Below are positions 30,701 through 38,399 of a stretch of 52,733 nt of DNA, piece by piece. Made by a program: the position numbers and the translations under genes. Under the pieces are notes generated by a model. That model ran no database searches. It worked only from the letters and a program-made list of their open reading frames with translations, and was not told the DNA's origin. This DNA is from a virus. Its lineage: Duplodnaviria > Caudoviricetes. The stretch's first letter is position 1; each line of letters begins with the position of its first letter. The DNA lies in the IMG/VR virus record IMGVR_UViG_3300010400_000010, positions 1 to 52,733 of that record; one strand, written 5' to 3'.

Positions 30701-30794
30701 AGCTTGGAAAAAACATGCAGTTGGGAGAGCTTTGGGAGAGAAGGGGCCGGAGTTGCAGAAGGCATTCTCTAGTCTTCAAGCCGAAGATCAGTAA
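24759..30794 (+). CDS. Giant (2011 aa) ejection/polyvalent protein with zincin metallopeptidase motif
   Basis: Gly-rich hydrophobic N-terminus, HEVLH..EE, FEVQSDW domain, helical C-terminal region. Confidence 0.75.
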   Translation: MPLTTQQKRALLIDHGYNPTKYELDEDGNVFDVVPSIEEQAHQQGVEQGLEAGKGLKGEVRTAANTLKSSAAPGIVGGAVGLGTLGLLGAAPFTGGSSLIPLVGSLVAGGLASYGTEKAQEAIKEKIYTPEEIERAKGYSEGLQSDNKIGATVGNLIPQFATFRPSVNSLKQLGGAAKNTLALNPVTIPQATAVKNALVGGSISAGQNIGEQAFRLGTGEQTDFDPESLVQSTLTGGLMSEPTQFAKTLSGGHLQTTPSPNAFKAKLSKVEGGTLGPNTVRNLDTGTLQNRPAYEAWLNKKNEQDAKDLAMLKQKAVEAVKTGGEGLTPEEQKILAENYMMAANKLTPPLSPLEENSVVSAESSPKVETNEDLQSQLNAELGQTDDNTPFQPQTPNRNIPREGELRKAQEEGAHFGVDVALANRNITTPSGTEVRGRQKDYGEGQRPGADLSPEHWTSDTPYHEVLHKYVSDLLGSSDKTDREMGQKALEVIKSSPQAQEFLKQHLEQNPHHNLNDAAEEYLAQIGGEKFAQIVENEASGKNGGKVVEYFKTLANNWRSRFGTPTPENMAEYLINRGRSGDAYDYNTSLNPKWRTKQGGGDKFQPLPIVGGRPVFTTSTEKELTNQRPFGLTPNKQDAFSTQSLVSKLNSIVPKGEMELLRENGLDEFLSGKVQVGREEFGKWLSENSPSLEVKKMGSGASGGDTASNYAHEFETRFNDKYSIVNEFGSVSDQDGKVIKAEDVPDAAARDLLLRYRKAYAEGRLIPDSKQKSATQRFTMVNPKPLDQMEGATDILVKRPPLSESQLLSKYKKDLVAGDRGQFNQEEIQARLNAKSVKEIEELGSLVDYNDTPKFREGIHFPNDPNVIGFSRGYTETLPSGEKVWHVFEVQSDWAAKMAKTFGGDRAPQSPEAIQDYKERFADPRLDYYQNLLLKANIQHALETGHKYIAISDGPTVALTEHHDQSDILIGPFKTNEEALAKAQQLESKYPGKERDNFGVQAFRDDPDYYVTPTSNNNTPKLDLFKEGFRPSQFSGDVQHYDKNLPGILRKLTESEGERVSFGEHQNSQQRVAGTGIPLEGGEPSRTTSRDDLLLHEPTDKLDSEGKPILKPKTDITARVYPLDKVGNRLNQESFTQFGKFQPLKKDTIPTNIDLTDVPDAPRKPNEIVPVPRTDVGKLYDQHVPWWPARLLSSVADKVGYEGKTPESNNISSYSKQALKSTLRTATRLVGKYLEPVTSAIDEADLSKSQRTDVRKYLYDMSHEGSSDLEDTIMADPNMRYVAQEAVKSYVGFHEEQRKEGLKINGRAAISREGKFPDIESQETARTVTENPLSAEAKQLREDLFDYWMRVTPDDMVPKKTTKEQFVQKQITDYITAIGTRTSGKDASIEFGALRRAEGLGLPYSWVDKDISSTMQRYFNRASKDLAYWKHIQNDPYMRTILNIPDTENKFDSNLPILPDGTEIQPNNPITGNTRTELLGSLAKNLSDSDAAILSGNRLVASGILGPLSGLKDFVSSSFGDFQYMRPQDVHNWLTSLKDFKEAWDKSFEYGVNRTKINRIQYAADSIGKITDGANYVADLLTKLQGRNLLEKITRAKEFAMGMNLAETFLQAPPTDKTAARFLRLFGEGVEGGAEQWRGNKNIPREVIHEMAAAFVERGQGTYDSRGLPSWAQRGAAAPFFSLNRWSIEKFNNSYKDVYLPLRLEGDVSPLLKATLSGVLGGLAIKKLSEIMSGRLQQQPTISEAEASKEWDQKAYAVASTLNAGDYFGFAGGMVNSIWDSAEGHTKTSNIMFPALDFASNTLGPMLGNWTRAIRQGADVTDATLKFAQDLAANSIQSWRLIANHVGDEQKEAVETANQKRDLKVYKRLEGFPVDVSSQDAGNPYLLPAGRRLKRDTNEEDISKDAIKAVEQAIATSNGKTDIAVRNLQNLLNQRGENVLPNPTSLEKTRLLYGFKDFLIRTKGQAYWNEFAQKYRVDQVLEAWKKHAVGRALGEKGPELQKAFSSLQAEDQ

Positions 30795-32017
30795 ACCTTC
30801 CCCTTCAACCTCAGTTCATTTCCAACATAAATCGTCTGTTCTGTATTTTGTAAAAAACTTATACAACTATCAATCTCCTCCACCGTTCCATCCACACTGA
30901 ACTTCAACAACAACAACTTCCTCGACGCTCCTGTTTTGTCTTGTGTGTGTTTAGCTTCTAAGAACTTCAAAATATTTGTTTGCATCTCAAACAAATAGTT
31001 ACGTCCTCCTGAGTTAAAAGCCAAGGACATTTTCGGCTCTAGTTTTGTCAACACCATCAAGGCTTGTTTACAAATATCCAACGTGATAGGTATGTTTTCA
31101 CTTTGTTCAAGAAAATTCATAATCATACACAACTTAAACCACATGGTTCTTTTTCGACCATAATATTCGTTGAGTTTGTAGTCCAAGTTTCCCCTCTGTC
31201 TGTCGAATTCTCCACTCTCATAAAAAGTCTTCATAAACTCATCGGCCTCCGGGGTGAATTTCATCTCACCACAAACTTTATGGAGACTTTTTATGTGATT
31301 CATCACATCCAAAAACGCTATCATTTGTTCGTTTGATAATCCTGGAAAGTGACGACAAAAACGTTTGTCGGTTTCGACCACCATAATACATCTTGAGAAA
31401 AAACCTTGTTCGAGAATTTTCATCTCAAGAGCCTCATGAATAAAAGCTGGGTTTGTTGCAAACAACATCGACACGCAAGAATTCACCACATCTACTGTAG
31501 GGGAATTTTTTGTTTCATACTTGTGGTCTTGACAATCATACAGATCATGGATCAGGTTGACAATTTCACAAGTTGAATTCCTCATCATAGTTGCCATTTC
31601 AGAAATTGTAAAACAGCAACTCATGTGGGACTCGACATATTTTTGGCCGTTTAGCTCATACTCGAAATCGTCTTTACATTTAGCAAGTTCAATGAGCATT
31701 TTTTGAAATGTTGTACTATCGGCTCCAAATGGGTAGACACCTTTTACAACTTTATCACCGTTTGGTTTTACTCGTTCGATGATCATGATGGGTGATTTCA
31801 TAACTTGCTTTACGCTTGTTATGATTCGGCCCTTTCCTACAGCAGGAGGGCCGCAATAAATAATGATCAAGTTTGGATGCAGTCTTGCACTTCCTCCATA
31901 CAACCACACTCTCCTCTGAAGTGCAGCGGCGATCATGAAAATATATCCCCACTCGATAAACGAGTCTGGTGATTCGTAATCTTTGTGGAAGAATCTCCAT
32001 TTGTCGAAGTTGGTCAT
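30788..32017 (-). CDS. P-loop NTPase, putative replicative helicase (DUF3987-like)
   Basis: YCGPPAVGKG Walker A, ISEM Walker B-like, GFFSR arginine finger; next to polA. Confidence 0.65.
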   Translation of the reverse strand: MTNFDKWRFFHKDYESPDSFIEWGYIFMIAAALQRRVWLYGGSARLHPNLIIIYCGPPAVGKGRIITSVKQVMKSPIMIIERVKPNGDKVVKGVYPFGADSTTFQKMLIELAKCKDDFEYELNGQKYVESHMSCCFTISEMATMMRNSTCEIVNLIHDLYDCQDHKYETKNSPTVDVVNSCVSMLFATNPAFIHEALEMKILEQGFFSRCIMVVETDKRFCRHFPGLSNEQMIAFLDVMNHIKSLHKVCGEMKFTPEADEFMKTFYESGEFDRQRGNLDYKLNEYYGRKRTMWFKLCMIMNFLEQSENIPITLDICKQALMVLTKLEPKMSLAFNSGGRNYLFEMQTNILKFLEAKHTQDKTGASRKLLLLKFSVDGTVEEIDSCISFLQNTEQTIYVGNELRLKGKVY

Positions 32018-32036
32018 CAAAGGTTGTTATATAAAT

Positions 32037-32396
32037 TTAATCCATCCAATTTCTAAAATACGGCACCCATTGTTTACGAGAATTTTCACCATAAGGTAAA
32101 ACTCGAATATTCCATATATGATAACCCTCAGTTGGATTTTTTCGATCAATAGATAAACTATATTTGGATCGGCCCTTTCGCTCCATATACTCGGTTGAGT
32201 TTACAAACTGGGTGAATTCTTCAATGGTCAATGTAAACTCATGGCCTCGTTCTTTAGCTCGTTGTTTGATTTTATTGAAGGTGTATTTTATTGGATGGAG
32301 AATTTTATAAGCTTGGGATTTGTGCTTTCCACACTTGTCTGAGTGGTGATGGAGTGGAACTTTGTGACGGCAGAATTTGACGATGCACTTTTTCAC
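32037..32396 (-). CDS. HNH-like endonuclease
   Basis: SIDRKNPTEGY..NIRVL...N motif. Confidence 0.75.
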   Translation of the reverse strand: MKKCIVKFCRHKVPLHHHSDKCGKHKSQAYKILHPIKYTFNKIKQRAKERGHEFTLTIEEFTQFVNSTEYMERKGRSKYSLSIDRKNPTEGYHIWNIRVLPYGENSRKQWVPYFRNWMD

Positions 32397-32710
32397 AACG
32401 GTCCTTTTGTTAAGGTGTTGTAGAATTTTTGTTTTTCTTCCATTAAAGCTTTTTGTGCTTTTTCTAAAGACTGATAAAGTTGTGTAGTGTCCTGCACGGT
32501 TTCTCCATCAGATTTTGAAAGACAAACATCACTAGCATAAAACGTCAAGGTGTGTTTGTGTTTTGCTTCTGGACTTGTGTGTTCAATCAACAACACATCT
32601 TTGATTTCGTACTCATATCCGTTGGGGCCGACGACGGTAAGTTCAGTATATCCGCTAGTATTTGATACTGGGTGTTTTCTAAACTGATCTACCAAATCTT
32701 GGACAGTCAT
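32393..32710 (-). CDS. Hypothetical protein
   Basis: ATGA-coupled to polA stop. Confidence 0.6.
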   Translation of the reverse strand: MTVQDLVDQFRKHPVSNTSGYTELTVVGPNGYEYEIKDVLLIEHTSPEAKHKHTLTFYASDVCLSKSDGETVQDTTQLYQSLEKAQKALMEEKQKFYNTLTKGPL

Positions 32711-35154
32711 ACCTTTATCTCCTTCATCTCTTTCCAATTTTCACCAACATAAGTTTCAGAACCCATCTTGAACTTTTCACCTCTAGGATTTACAAGGTCT
32801 TTTTCAAGTTCATCTTTTATGATCTTAGCAAGTTGGTTTTCAAAACCAATATTGCATTGGGCCAATATAGAGTCGTGGTTATTTTGAAGAATATCCACTC
32901 CATTATCTTTGAATTCTTTTGAATAGCATTGTTGCTGAAGTTTTGTAAAAGCAATGTTGGTTATGGTTCCTACTGTTGACTGAGGTATAAAGGCATACCA
33001 TTCTTTGCATTGACTATCATCAAGATAGGAGGTGAAAATTCTAGGAAAGCCGAACAGGTTTTTTAACGTTCGTGTGTTTTTGACTTGGAGATAAACAGAT
33101 CGATGGAAGTCATTTTTAATCTCGGGAAACAAGCCATGATAACCTGAGAGAATTTCTGAGGCTTGTCGGTTGTCAATGACAACAGCGCCGTGAGACTTGA
33201 GAAGTAAGTTAAGACGAAATGTAGGCGGCTTAATGTCATAATTACCGCTGTGACATCCTTGTTTCGCGTAATAGTAATATCTAGACTTGGAGTCCCATTC
33301 GTCAGATGACTTGATAATGCTAGAAATTTCTTTCCAATTTGAAAGATTCGATAATGACCTAATCGGGCTGTTGAGATATTCATTGAGATTATATCCTAAT
33401 CTATCTTCCCATACTTTTCTGAATTGATGTAAAGCAAAATAAGTGTGGGGTTTGATTTTGTTGATGAAAAGTTCTCTAAATCTACCATGAGAACAAAGAT
33501 AAGAAACTATCAGGGCTTCTGCACCGGATTGATCGACTTGGACAAATACTTTACCCTTGTCGGGGATAATATACTTTCTAATTCCTTTCTCCCAGTTCTG
33601 CATGTTTGTTCCCCATTTTGAAAGCAATTTTCTTGAAGATAGGCGAAAAGAGCTTGTGCCAGTAATAATGTATGAACCTGTGACACGTCTTTTTTCAGCT
33701 TCATTTCTAGCACCTCCCCATCTTTCAAATTTAAGCTTACCTGTTTCTGTTGTAAGTCCACGGTAATTGAGGATACATCCGAGAGTTGGTAGATCATGTT
33801 TTAGTTTGAGTTGTTGTAGGGTTTTTTCAGCAGTAGGAGCAGAAGAGTCAGGGCATTTTAGACCAAGACCGATTGTTTTGTCGTAAAGGTATTTGGAGAT
33901 TTGTTGCCAACTTCCAGGATTTATCTCACGGCCCGCCATGATTTTAAGCATTCGCTTATATTGAGCTTTAAGCCGTTCGTTAAATTCTACCCGAGTTTTA
34001 AATCCTTCTTCGTTGATGTTTAATCCTTGGAGTGTGGCAAGGAGATAAGGAGTGATGGAGTCACATGCTTGGGTAACAGATCGCCCGGTTTGTAATCGCT
34101 CAATTTCTGGTTGTTGGTTGCGCCAAACTTCCGTAGTTCCAATAATGTCGTTGGCGTTATATGTATATAGTTGTTGTGTCTGAGCGTGATTGTGAGGTTC
34201 GTAAACTCCGGTGTTCTTGTGATAGGGGAGATCGGTGTAGAGGGAGATACAATGTCCCAAAGATTTTTCTGTTTCGGTATATAGACGGTGATGTGAAACC
34301 ATAGTATCCACCACACTACCTGAGTTAATATTAAATGGAATACCGTATTTGTACGCAAGAATGAAAAGATCAAAACTGCCATTATGCAGGATAGTAGTAT
34401 TGTTACGAATAGCCACCGCCATAGCGGATAGTATTTTGAAAGTTTCGTTTCCATAAAAATACGTGTTAGGTTGTAAATATGTCTGAACCATCGGCACCAC
34501 CACCACATCAGGACTTCCCACAAAATTATAACCAAAACAAGTCATCTCTAAATGTGAGTTTGTCTCAATATCCAGAACTAATTTTCCTCCTCTAGTGTTT
34601 CTAAGTTCTCCAACAACTCGCTCGATGTCAGGCCACAAAATGACTTGATAGTTTTGAAGTTTTTTAACTCCTTCTTTAGCGATTCTACACGCTTTCCGTA
34701 TATCTTGTCTGAGCCAAAACTGCCAATTCTTTCTTCGTGTTGTTGCTCCTGTTGTTTTTTCGTCACCTTTTTCATTTTCACTCTCACTTTCGGATTCTTC
34801 GTCGAAGTAGTTTTGTCTATCGATGGAGTCTTGGGGGGAGAAGCTCGCAATTGCAACTACCCCATTTTGAAGTATAAATGGACTTCCCCTTTCTGACAGT
34901 AAGCTTGACTCTGGTTTGTAGAATCTTAGAGAAGACTCCCCTAATAATAACAACGTCTTTGTACCTTGCGGTGATCCTAATTTTTTGTGTTGTTCTAGAA
35001 TTTGTATACATAGGTTATGTCTAGATATGATGATGTCTTTTCGTTGTGGATTAAACAGCGATTGATTGAAGAATTCTCCGGCCCATCCAGATATTAACTC
35101 GGTTGTGTCAAAACGAGAAGGACGATCTAGAACTACATTGAGGCCGGAGTACAC
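32707..35154 (-). CDS. polA: Family A DNA polymerase with 3'-5' exonuclease and degenerate UDG-like N-terminal domain
   Basis: LDIET, HNGSFD and YNAND exo motifs; motif A VDQSGAE, motif B AKQGCHSGNY, motif C NNHDS; N-terminal LLLLGE..ERG. Confidence 0.92.
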   Translation of the reverse strand: MYSGLNVVLDRPSRFDTTELISGWAGEFFNQSLFNPQRKDIIISRHNLCIQILEQHKKLGSPQGTKTLLLLGESSLRFYKPESSLLSERGSPFILQNGVVAIASFSPQDSIDRQNYFDEESESESENEKGDEKTTGATTRRKNWQFWLRQDIRKACRIAKEGVKKLQNYQVILWPDIERVVGELRNTRGGKLVLDIETNSHLEMTCFGYNFVGSPDVVVVPMVQTYLQPNTYFYGNETFKILSAMAVAIRNNTTILHNGSFDLFILAYKYGIPFNINSGSVVDTMVSHHRLYTETEKSLGHCISLYTDLPYHKNTGVYEPHNHAQTQQLYTYNANDIIGTTEVWRNQQPEIERLQTGRSVTQACDSITPYLLATLQGLNINEEGFKTRVEFNERLKAQYKRMLKIMAGREINPGSWQQISKYLYDKTIGLGLKCPDSSAPTAEKTLQQLKLKHDLPTLGCILNYRGLTTETGKLKFERWGGARNEAEKRRVTGSYIITGTSSFRLSSRKLLSKWGTNMQNWEKGIRKYIIPDKGKVFVQVDQSGAEALIVSYLCSHGRFRELFINKIKPHTYFALHQFRKVWEDRLGYNLNEYLNSPIRSLSNLSNWKEISSIIKSSDEWDSKSRYYYYAKQGCHSGNYDIKPPTFRLNLLLKSHGAVVIDNRQASEILSGYHGLFPEIKNDFHRSVYLQVKNTRTLKNLFGFPRIFTSYLDDSQCKEWYAFIPQSTVGTITNIAFTKLQQQCYSKEFKDNGVDILQNNHDSILAQCNIGFENQLAKIIKDELEKDLVNPRGEKFKMGSETYVGENWKEMKEIKV

Positions 35155-35165
35155 GGGGATATTGT

Positions 35166-35453
35166 TTAATGAAACAACGCAACACCAACAAGTAGTCCTA
35201 AAATAAAACCAATCACAAGTTGAGGGATATAGTTTTCTGTTTGTTTTTTTTCTTTATTCTCAACAATTGGTTCTGCTTCAGAAATAAAATATTTTGCATC
35301 CCATGTTGTGATGGATGACGGAATTTTGTTGATGTCTGTATAAACTTGACATACAACATCTACTGTGTTTTTTCCAAGAACTTTAACATAAAATGTTGAA
35401 AGATATGGATTAACCCAGTAGAACTTTCCAATTTCAATATCTTCGGATTTCAT
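35166..35453 (-). CDS. Hypothetical protein with C-terminal transmembrane helix
   Basis: LVIGFILGLLVGVALF. Confidence 0.65.
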   Translation of the reverse strand: MKSEDIEIGKFYWVNPYLSTFYVKVLGKNTVDVVCQVYTDINKIPSSITTWDAKYFISEAEPIVENKEKKQTENYIPQLVIGFILGLLVGVALFH

Positions 35454-35563
35454 AAAATGAAAAACCTAATCACCAACATCACACACAATACCGACACAAA
35501 CATACAAATCACCACACCCATTATGAGTAAGGAGATTTCGAGAATTTTTTCTAAGAGTTTCAT
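35450..35563 (-). CDS. Small membrane peptide (37 aa)
   Basis: Fills gap with ATGA overlap; highly hydrophobic. Confidence 0.45.
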   Translation of the reverse strand: MKLLEKILEISLLIMGVVICMFVSVLCVMLVIRFFIL

Positions 35564-35569
35564 AAAAGT

Positions 35570-35788
35570 TTAAAGAAACATCGCCAGCGGTTGTCGGATT
35601 TCTTGACCATTCAACGGATTCACAAACATCACTTCTATGTTGTTTTTATCTATGTGGAGTTTCTTTCCTTCTTTTGTGAAGCAACAATAAAATCCGGGGG
35701 TGTTTTCAGAAGGATGGATGTCGAAAATCTCAACAGGAGGAGATTGTTCGGTGACGAAGTAGTTACGGATTGTGGGTTGAGGGAACAT
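35570..35788 (-). CDS. Hypothetical protein
   Basis: Tightly packed ORF. Confidence 0.6.
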   Translation of the reverse strand: MFPQPTIRNYFVTEQSPPVEIFDIHPSENTPGFYCCFTKEGKKLHIDKNNIEVMFVNPLNGQEIRQPLAMFL

Positions 35789-35794
35789 AAAATC

Positions 35795-36031
35795 TTAAAG
35801 TGCATCCCAAGAGTTGAAAATATAGTTTGCTAACATGATTTTCTGACAAAGATAATCTGGTTTGCCTTCCAGATTACGACCAATAAAATCACTCAACGGA
35901 TTATCAGCATCTTCATACAACCACCTTAGATACTCACCCGGAACATCTTTTAAATGTTCTCCTTTGTGTTTTCCAAACGGCATCAAATCTTCGTCGGTGA
36001 AAGCTGGTTGTTTTTTATCTTTTGTGAACAT
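35795..36031 (-). CDS. DUF3820 / ExoX C-terminal-like small protein
   Basis: MPFGKHKG..DVPGEYLRWL. Confidence 0.8.
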   Translation of the reverse strand: MFTKDKKQPAFTDEDLMPFGKHKGEHLKDVPGEYLRWLYEDADNPLSDFIGRNLEGKPDYLCQKIMLANYIFNSWDAL

Positions 36032-36140
36032 AAAAATTAAAAAGTTGTGGTCTAGTTTATCTTTAAATAAGTAAAAACCCAGACCAATAAAAACTTTTTC
36101 TCACTCTACACTATGCACCGTCATGTAGAACAAGAAGAAC

Positions 36141-36689
36141 TCAATACGGCATCACCACATCATCAAGCCTCGATCCTCCACTGATGTTGCTGATCCTGTA
36201 ACTCAACCGATTCATCGGCTTTCCATCATCATCCAACAACGGTTGATCAATAGTGCCTTCCTGCATCTCAACCTGAACTTCTGTTGAGATCAAACATTTC
36301 ACGGCTTTTCCCTTGTATTGATTGATGTTGGGATTATCAGCATTGAATGTTGGAGGAAGGTCCATTGCTTTGTGGATTTCCTTAATGTTTGCTGCTGAGT
36401 ATTTGTTGTTTAGAACCAAGTAGGTTTTGATTTTGTTTCCACCAACTTGAGCTTTCACTAACGGCCCCCCTAACGCTGGTTTTCCATCCACAATTTCAGG
36501 AGCCTCCACAATTTCAGGCTTCACAATCTCATAAGTGAATGTGAGCATTGGATTGCCTTTTTTGTTTTGTGCTTCCCACTTGACATCAATACAACGAACA
36601 ACACCAGAGCGTTTGGTGATGTAAACTGGTTTTGTTTCAGGGACTTCGTCGAGGTTAATATTGCCGGTGAGGTTTTGGTTTTCGTTCAT
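36141..36689 (-). CDS. Putative single-stranded DNA-binding protein (DUF669-like)
   Basis: NKKGNPMLTFTYEI pattern, acidic/aromatic C-terminus, next to Sak4-like ATPase. Confidence 0.6.
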   Translation of the reverse strand: MNENQNLTGNINLDEVPETKPVYITKRSGVVRCIDVKWEAQNKKGNPMLTFTYEIVKPEIVEAPEIVDGKPALGGPLVKAQVGGNKIKTYLVLNNKYSAANIKEIHKAMDLPPTFNADNPNINQYKGKAVKCLISTEVQVEMQEGTIDQPLLDDDGKPMNRLSYRISNISGGSRLDDVVMPY

Positions 36690-36735
36690 GTGTTTTTTGT
36701 TTTGTTTTTGTTTTTGTTGTTTGATAGATACGTTA

Positions 36736-36990
36736 TCAGCGTTCAACCTTTTTAGTGGTTAAATTATTTAAAGGTTCAGTTTCCCAGTTGAATTGGCAGC
36801 AAGTACAATGATGCATTATACAATCTTTTTTGACTTTTGCTTCCATAAATTTTATACTAATGAACTCATTGATTCTTTCTTTGTGGCGATCAGAAAAACT
36901 AAGGTCTATATCTTCATCCTTTACTTTGAAATTTCTACAGATCGCAGTATTTCCACATTTTGGACAAGGAAATTGAAATGGCTTTTTCAT
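36736..36990 (-). CDS. Zinc-ribbon protein
   Basis: CPKC and CTCC. Confidence 0.65.
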   Translation of the reverse strand: MKKPFQFPCPKCGNTAICRNFKVKDEDIDLSFSDRHKERINEFISIKFMEAKVKKDCIMHHCTCCQFNWETEPLNNLTTKKVER

Positions 36991-37661
36991 GATTTCTTAT
37001 AATAATTCAACGCTTCATCAATCACAAATTTGAGATCATTCTGGATCAACTTCTCCTTAAACATCTCCATCGGCGTCTTTGCACTACAAACTCCATCAGT
37101 GTTGGTACGAAAATGATATGAGATTTCCCCACTTTTTGGGTCTTTCTTCACTTCCGTAAACAACACCATCAACATTTCTTTCTCTATCTTTCCTTCGTGT
37201 TCTTTTCCCGGACAATAAATCCTTCTTGCTGCTGTTTCGGCGCCGTCGGCTTGAGGGATTTTTACAATCTCATCTATTGCAGTAAGACACACTACACAGT
37301 TGGGATTTTTCAAACCATCTAAAAATCTCCTGATTGTTGCGTTGAAATAGTTGTAGATGTCGTAACCTTTGAAAGATTGTTTTGCAAACTGCATCACGTA
37401 TTCGGTGTATTTTGTAAAACTATCTATCACTAACAATTCGGTTTTATCTTCAACTGCTTTTGCTAAACATTCTTTCACAACCTTGTCTGTTGCTGCCATG
37501 TTGTCGCATGTGAAGATTGGGAATTTTTCAAATCCTCGAAATGGGAAACCTTTACCTTCAAGATCAATGAGTTTGGTTGTGGTTGGATTGAGATTTCTTA
37601 GAGATGTGGATTTGCCTGAACCTGAAGGACCGACAATTGAGAGGAGTGCTTTATTGGACAT
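36987..37661 (-). CDS. AAA_24 / Sak4-like recombinase ATPase
   Basis: GPSGSGKS, IDLEGK, LVIDS, AKTP. Confidence 0.85.
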   Translation of the reverse strand: MSNKALLSIVGPSGSGKSTSLRNLNPTTTKLIDLEGKGFPFRGFEKFPIFTCDNMAATDKVVKECLAKAVEDKTELLVIDSFTKYTEYVMQFAKQSFKGYDIYNYFNATIRRFLDGLKNPNCVVCLTAIDEIVKIPQADGAETAARRIYCPGKEHEGKIEKEMLMVLFTEVKKDPKSGEISYHFRTNTDGVCSAKTPMEMFKEKLIQNDLKFVIDEALNYYKKS

Positions 37662-37688
37662 GATGATTGGGGTTGTTGTGTGTTTTAG

Positions 37689-37865
37689 TTATAGTTCAAA
37701 ATACGATTCAAGTTTCTTTATTCCGCCGTTTTGCAAATCGGGCCGTTCTTCTTTTACTTCAATATACTCTACTCCAACATCAAATCCTTCCCAAGTTTTG
37801 CATTCAAGATCACCAAATGCTTCGATGTGTTCTTGCAGGTCTTTGATTAGTTCGGATGCTTTCAT
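37689..37865 (-). CDS. Hypothetical protein (58 aa)
   Basis: MKASELIKDLQEHIEAFGDLEC..; fills gap, below cutoff. Confidence 0.55.
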   Translation of the reverse strand: MKASELIKDLQEHIEAFGDLECKTWEGFDVGVEYIEVKEERPDLQNGGIKKLESYFEL

Positions 37866-37925
37866 TCTATTATATCTATGGTTGCTCCAAAAAATTCTTC
37901 TGGAAGATTATCAAAGTCGATGGTG

Positions 37926-38384
37926 TCAAAGTTCATTTTGTTTTGGAAGATCATCTAATTCTTTTTGCAACTTTCCTTCCTCAATCAGTTGTTTTGTCTC
38001 AATCAAACACATCAAGTTCCAAACCGCAGCAACATCATGAGGCTCGTTTGTTAAACCTTGTAGGTGTTGGAAAGTATGACGGAGGGCCGAATCCAAATAT
38101 CTACTCAATGGCATTCCTTTTTCCCAATTTCTTTCTCCATACATTTTAGCACCGATTTCAAAATGTTTTGCGAGTTCTTTCAAAGCACGAGGTGGAAGCA
38201 AATCAAATCGGCCCTTATCTTTTCTTGAGTCTCGTTGAGAACCAGTGGAGAATTGTTCCTTGGTTTGTTCGACAAGTGGTGCTCCTTTTAAAAATTCTTC
38301 TCTTACTTCACTACAACCTTTTGAGCAACATCCATCTCCGTATACAATATAGCCAATTTCTTGAAAACAATTTTTGCAGAGCAT
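37926..38384 (-). CDS. dATP/dGTP diphosphohydrolase domain protein (DUF5664)
   Basis: KGRFDLLP, GAKMYGERNWEKG, YLDSALRH. Confidence 0.88.
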   Translation of the reverse strand: MLCKNCFQEIGYIVYGDGCCSKGCSEVREEFLKGAPLVEQTKEQFSTGSQRDSRKDKGRFDLLPPRALKELAKHFEIGAKMYGERNWEKGMPLSRYLDSALRHTFQHLQGLTNEPHDVAAVWNLMCLIETKQLIEEGKLQKELDDLPKQNEL

Positions 38385-38399
38385 AATTTTTATTAGTTT

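Noticed and set aside
37369-38040. 223 aa + strand ORF and similar antisense ORFs in the track
   Set aside because: Shadow frames of well-supported genes on the opposite strand
37926-38384. dZ or 7-deazaguanine DNA modification pathway
   Set aside because: No PurZ, FolE/QueD/QueE/QueC or DpdA-like genes recognised
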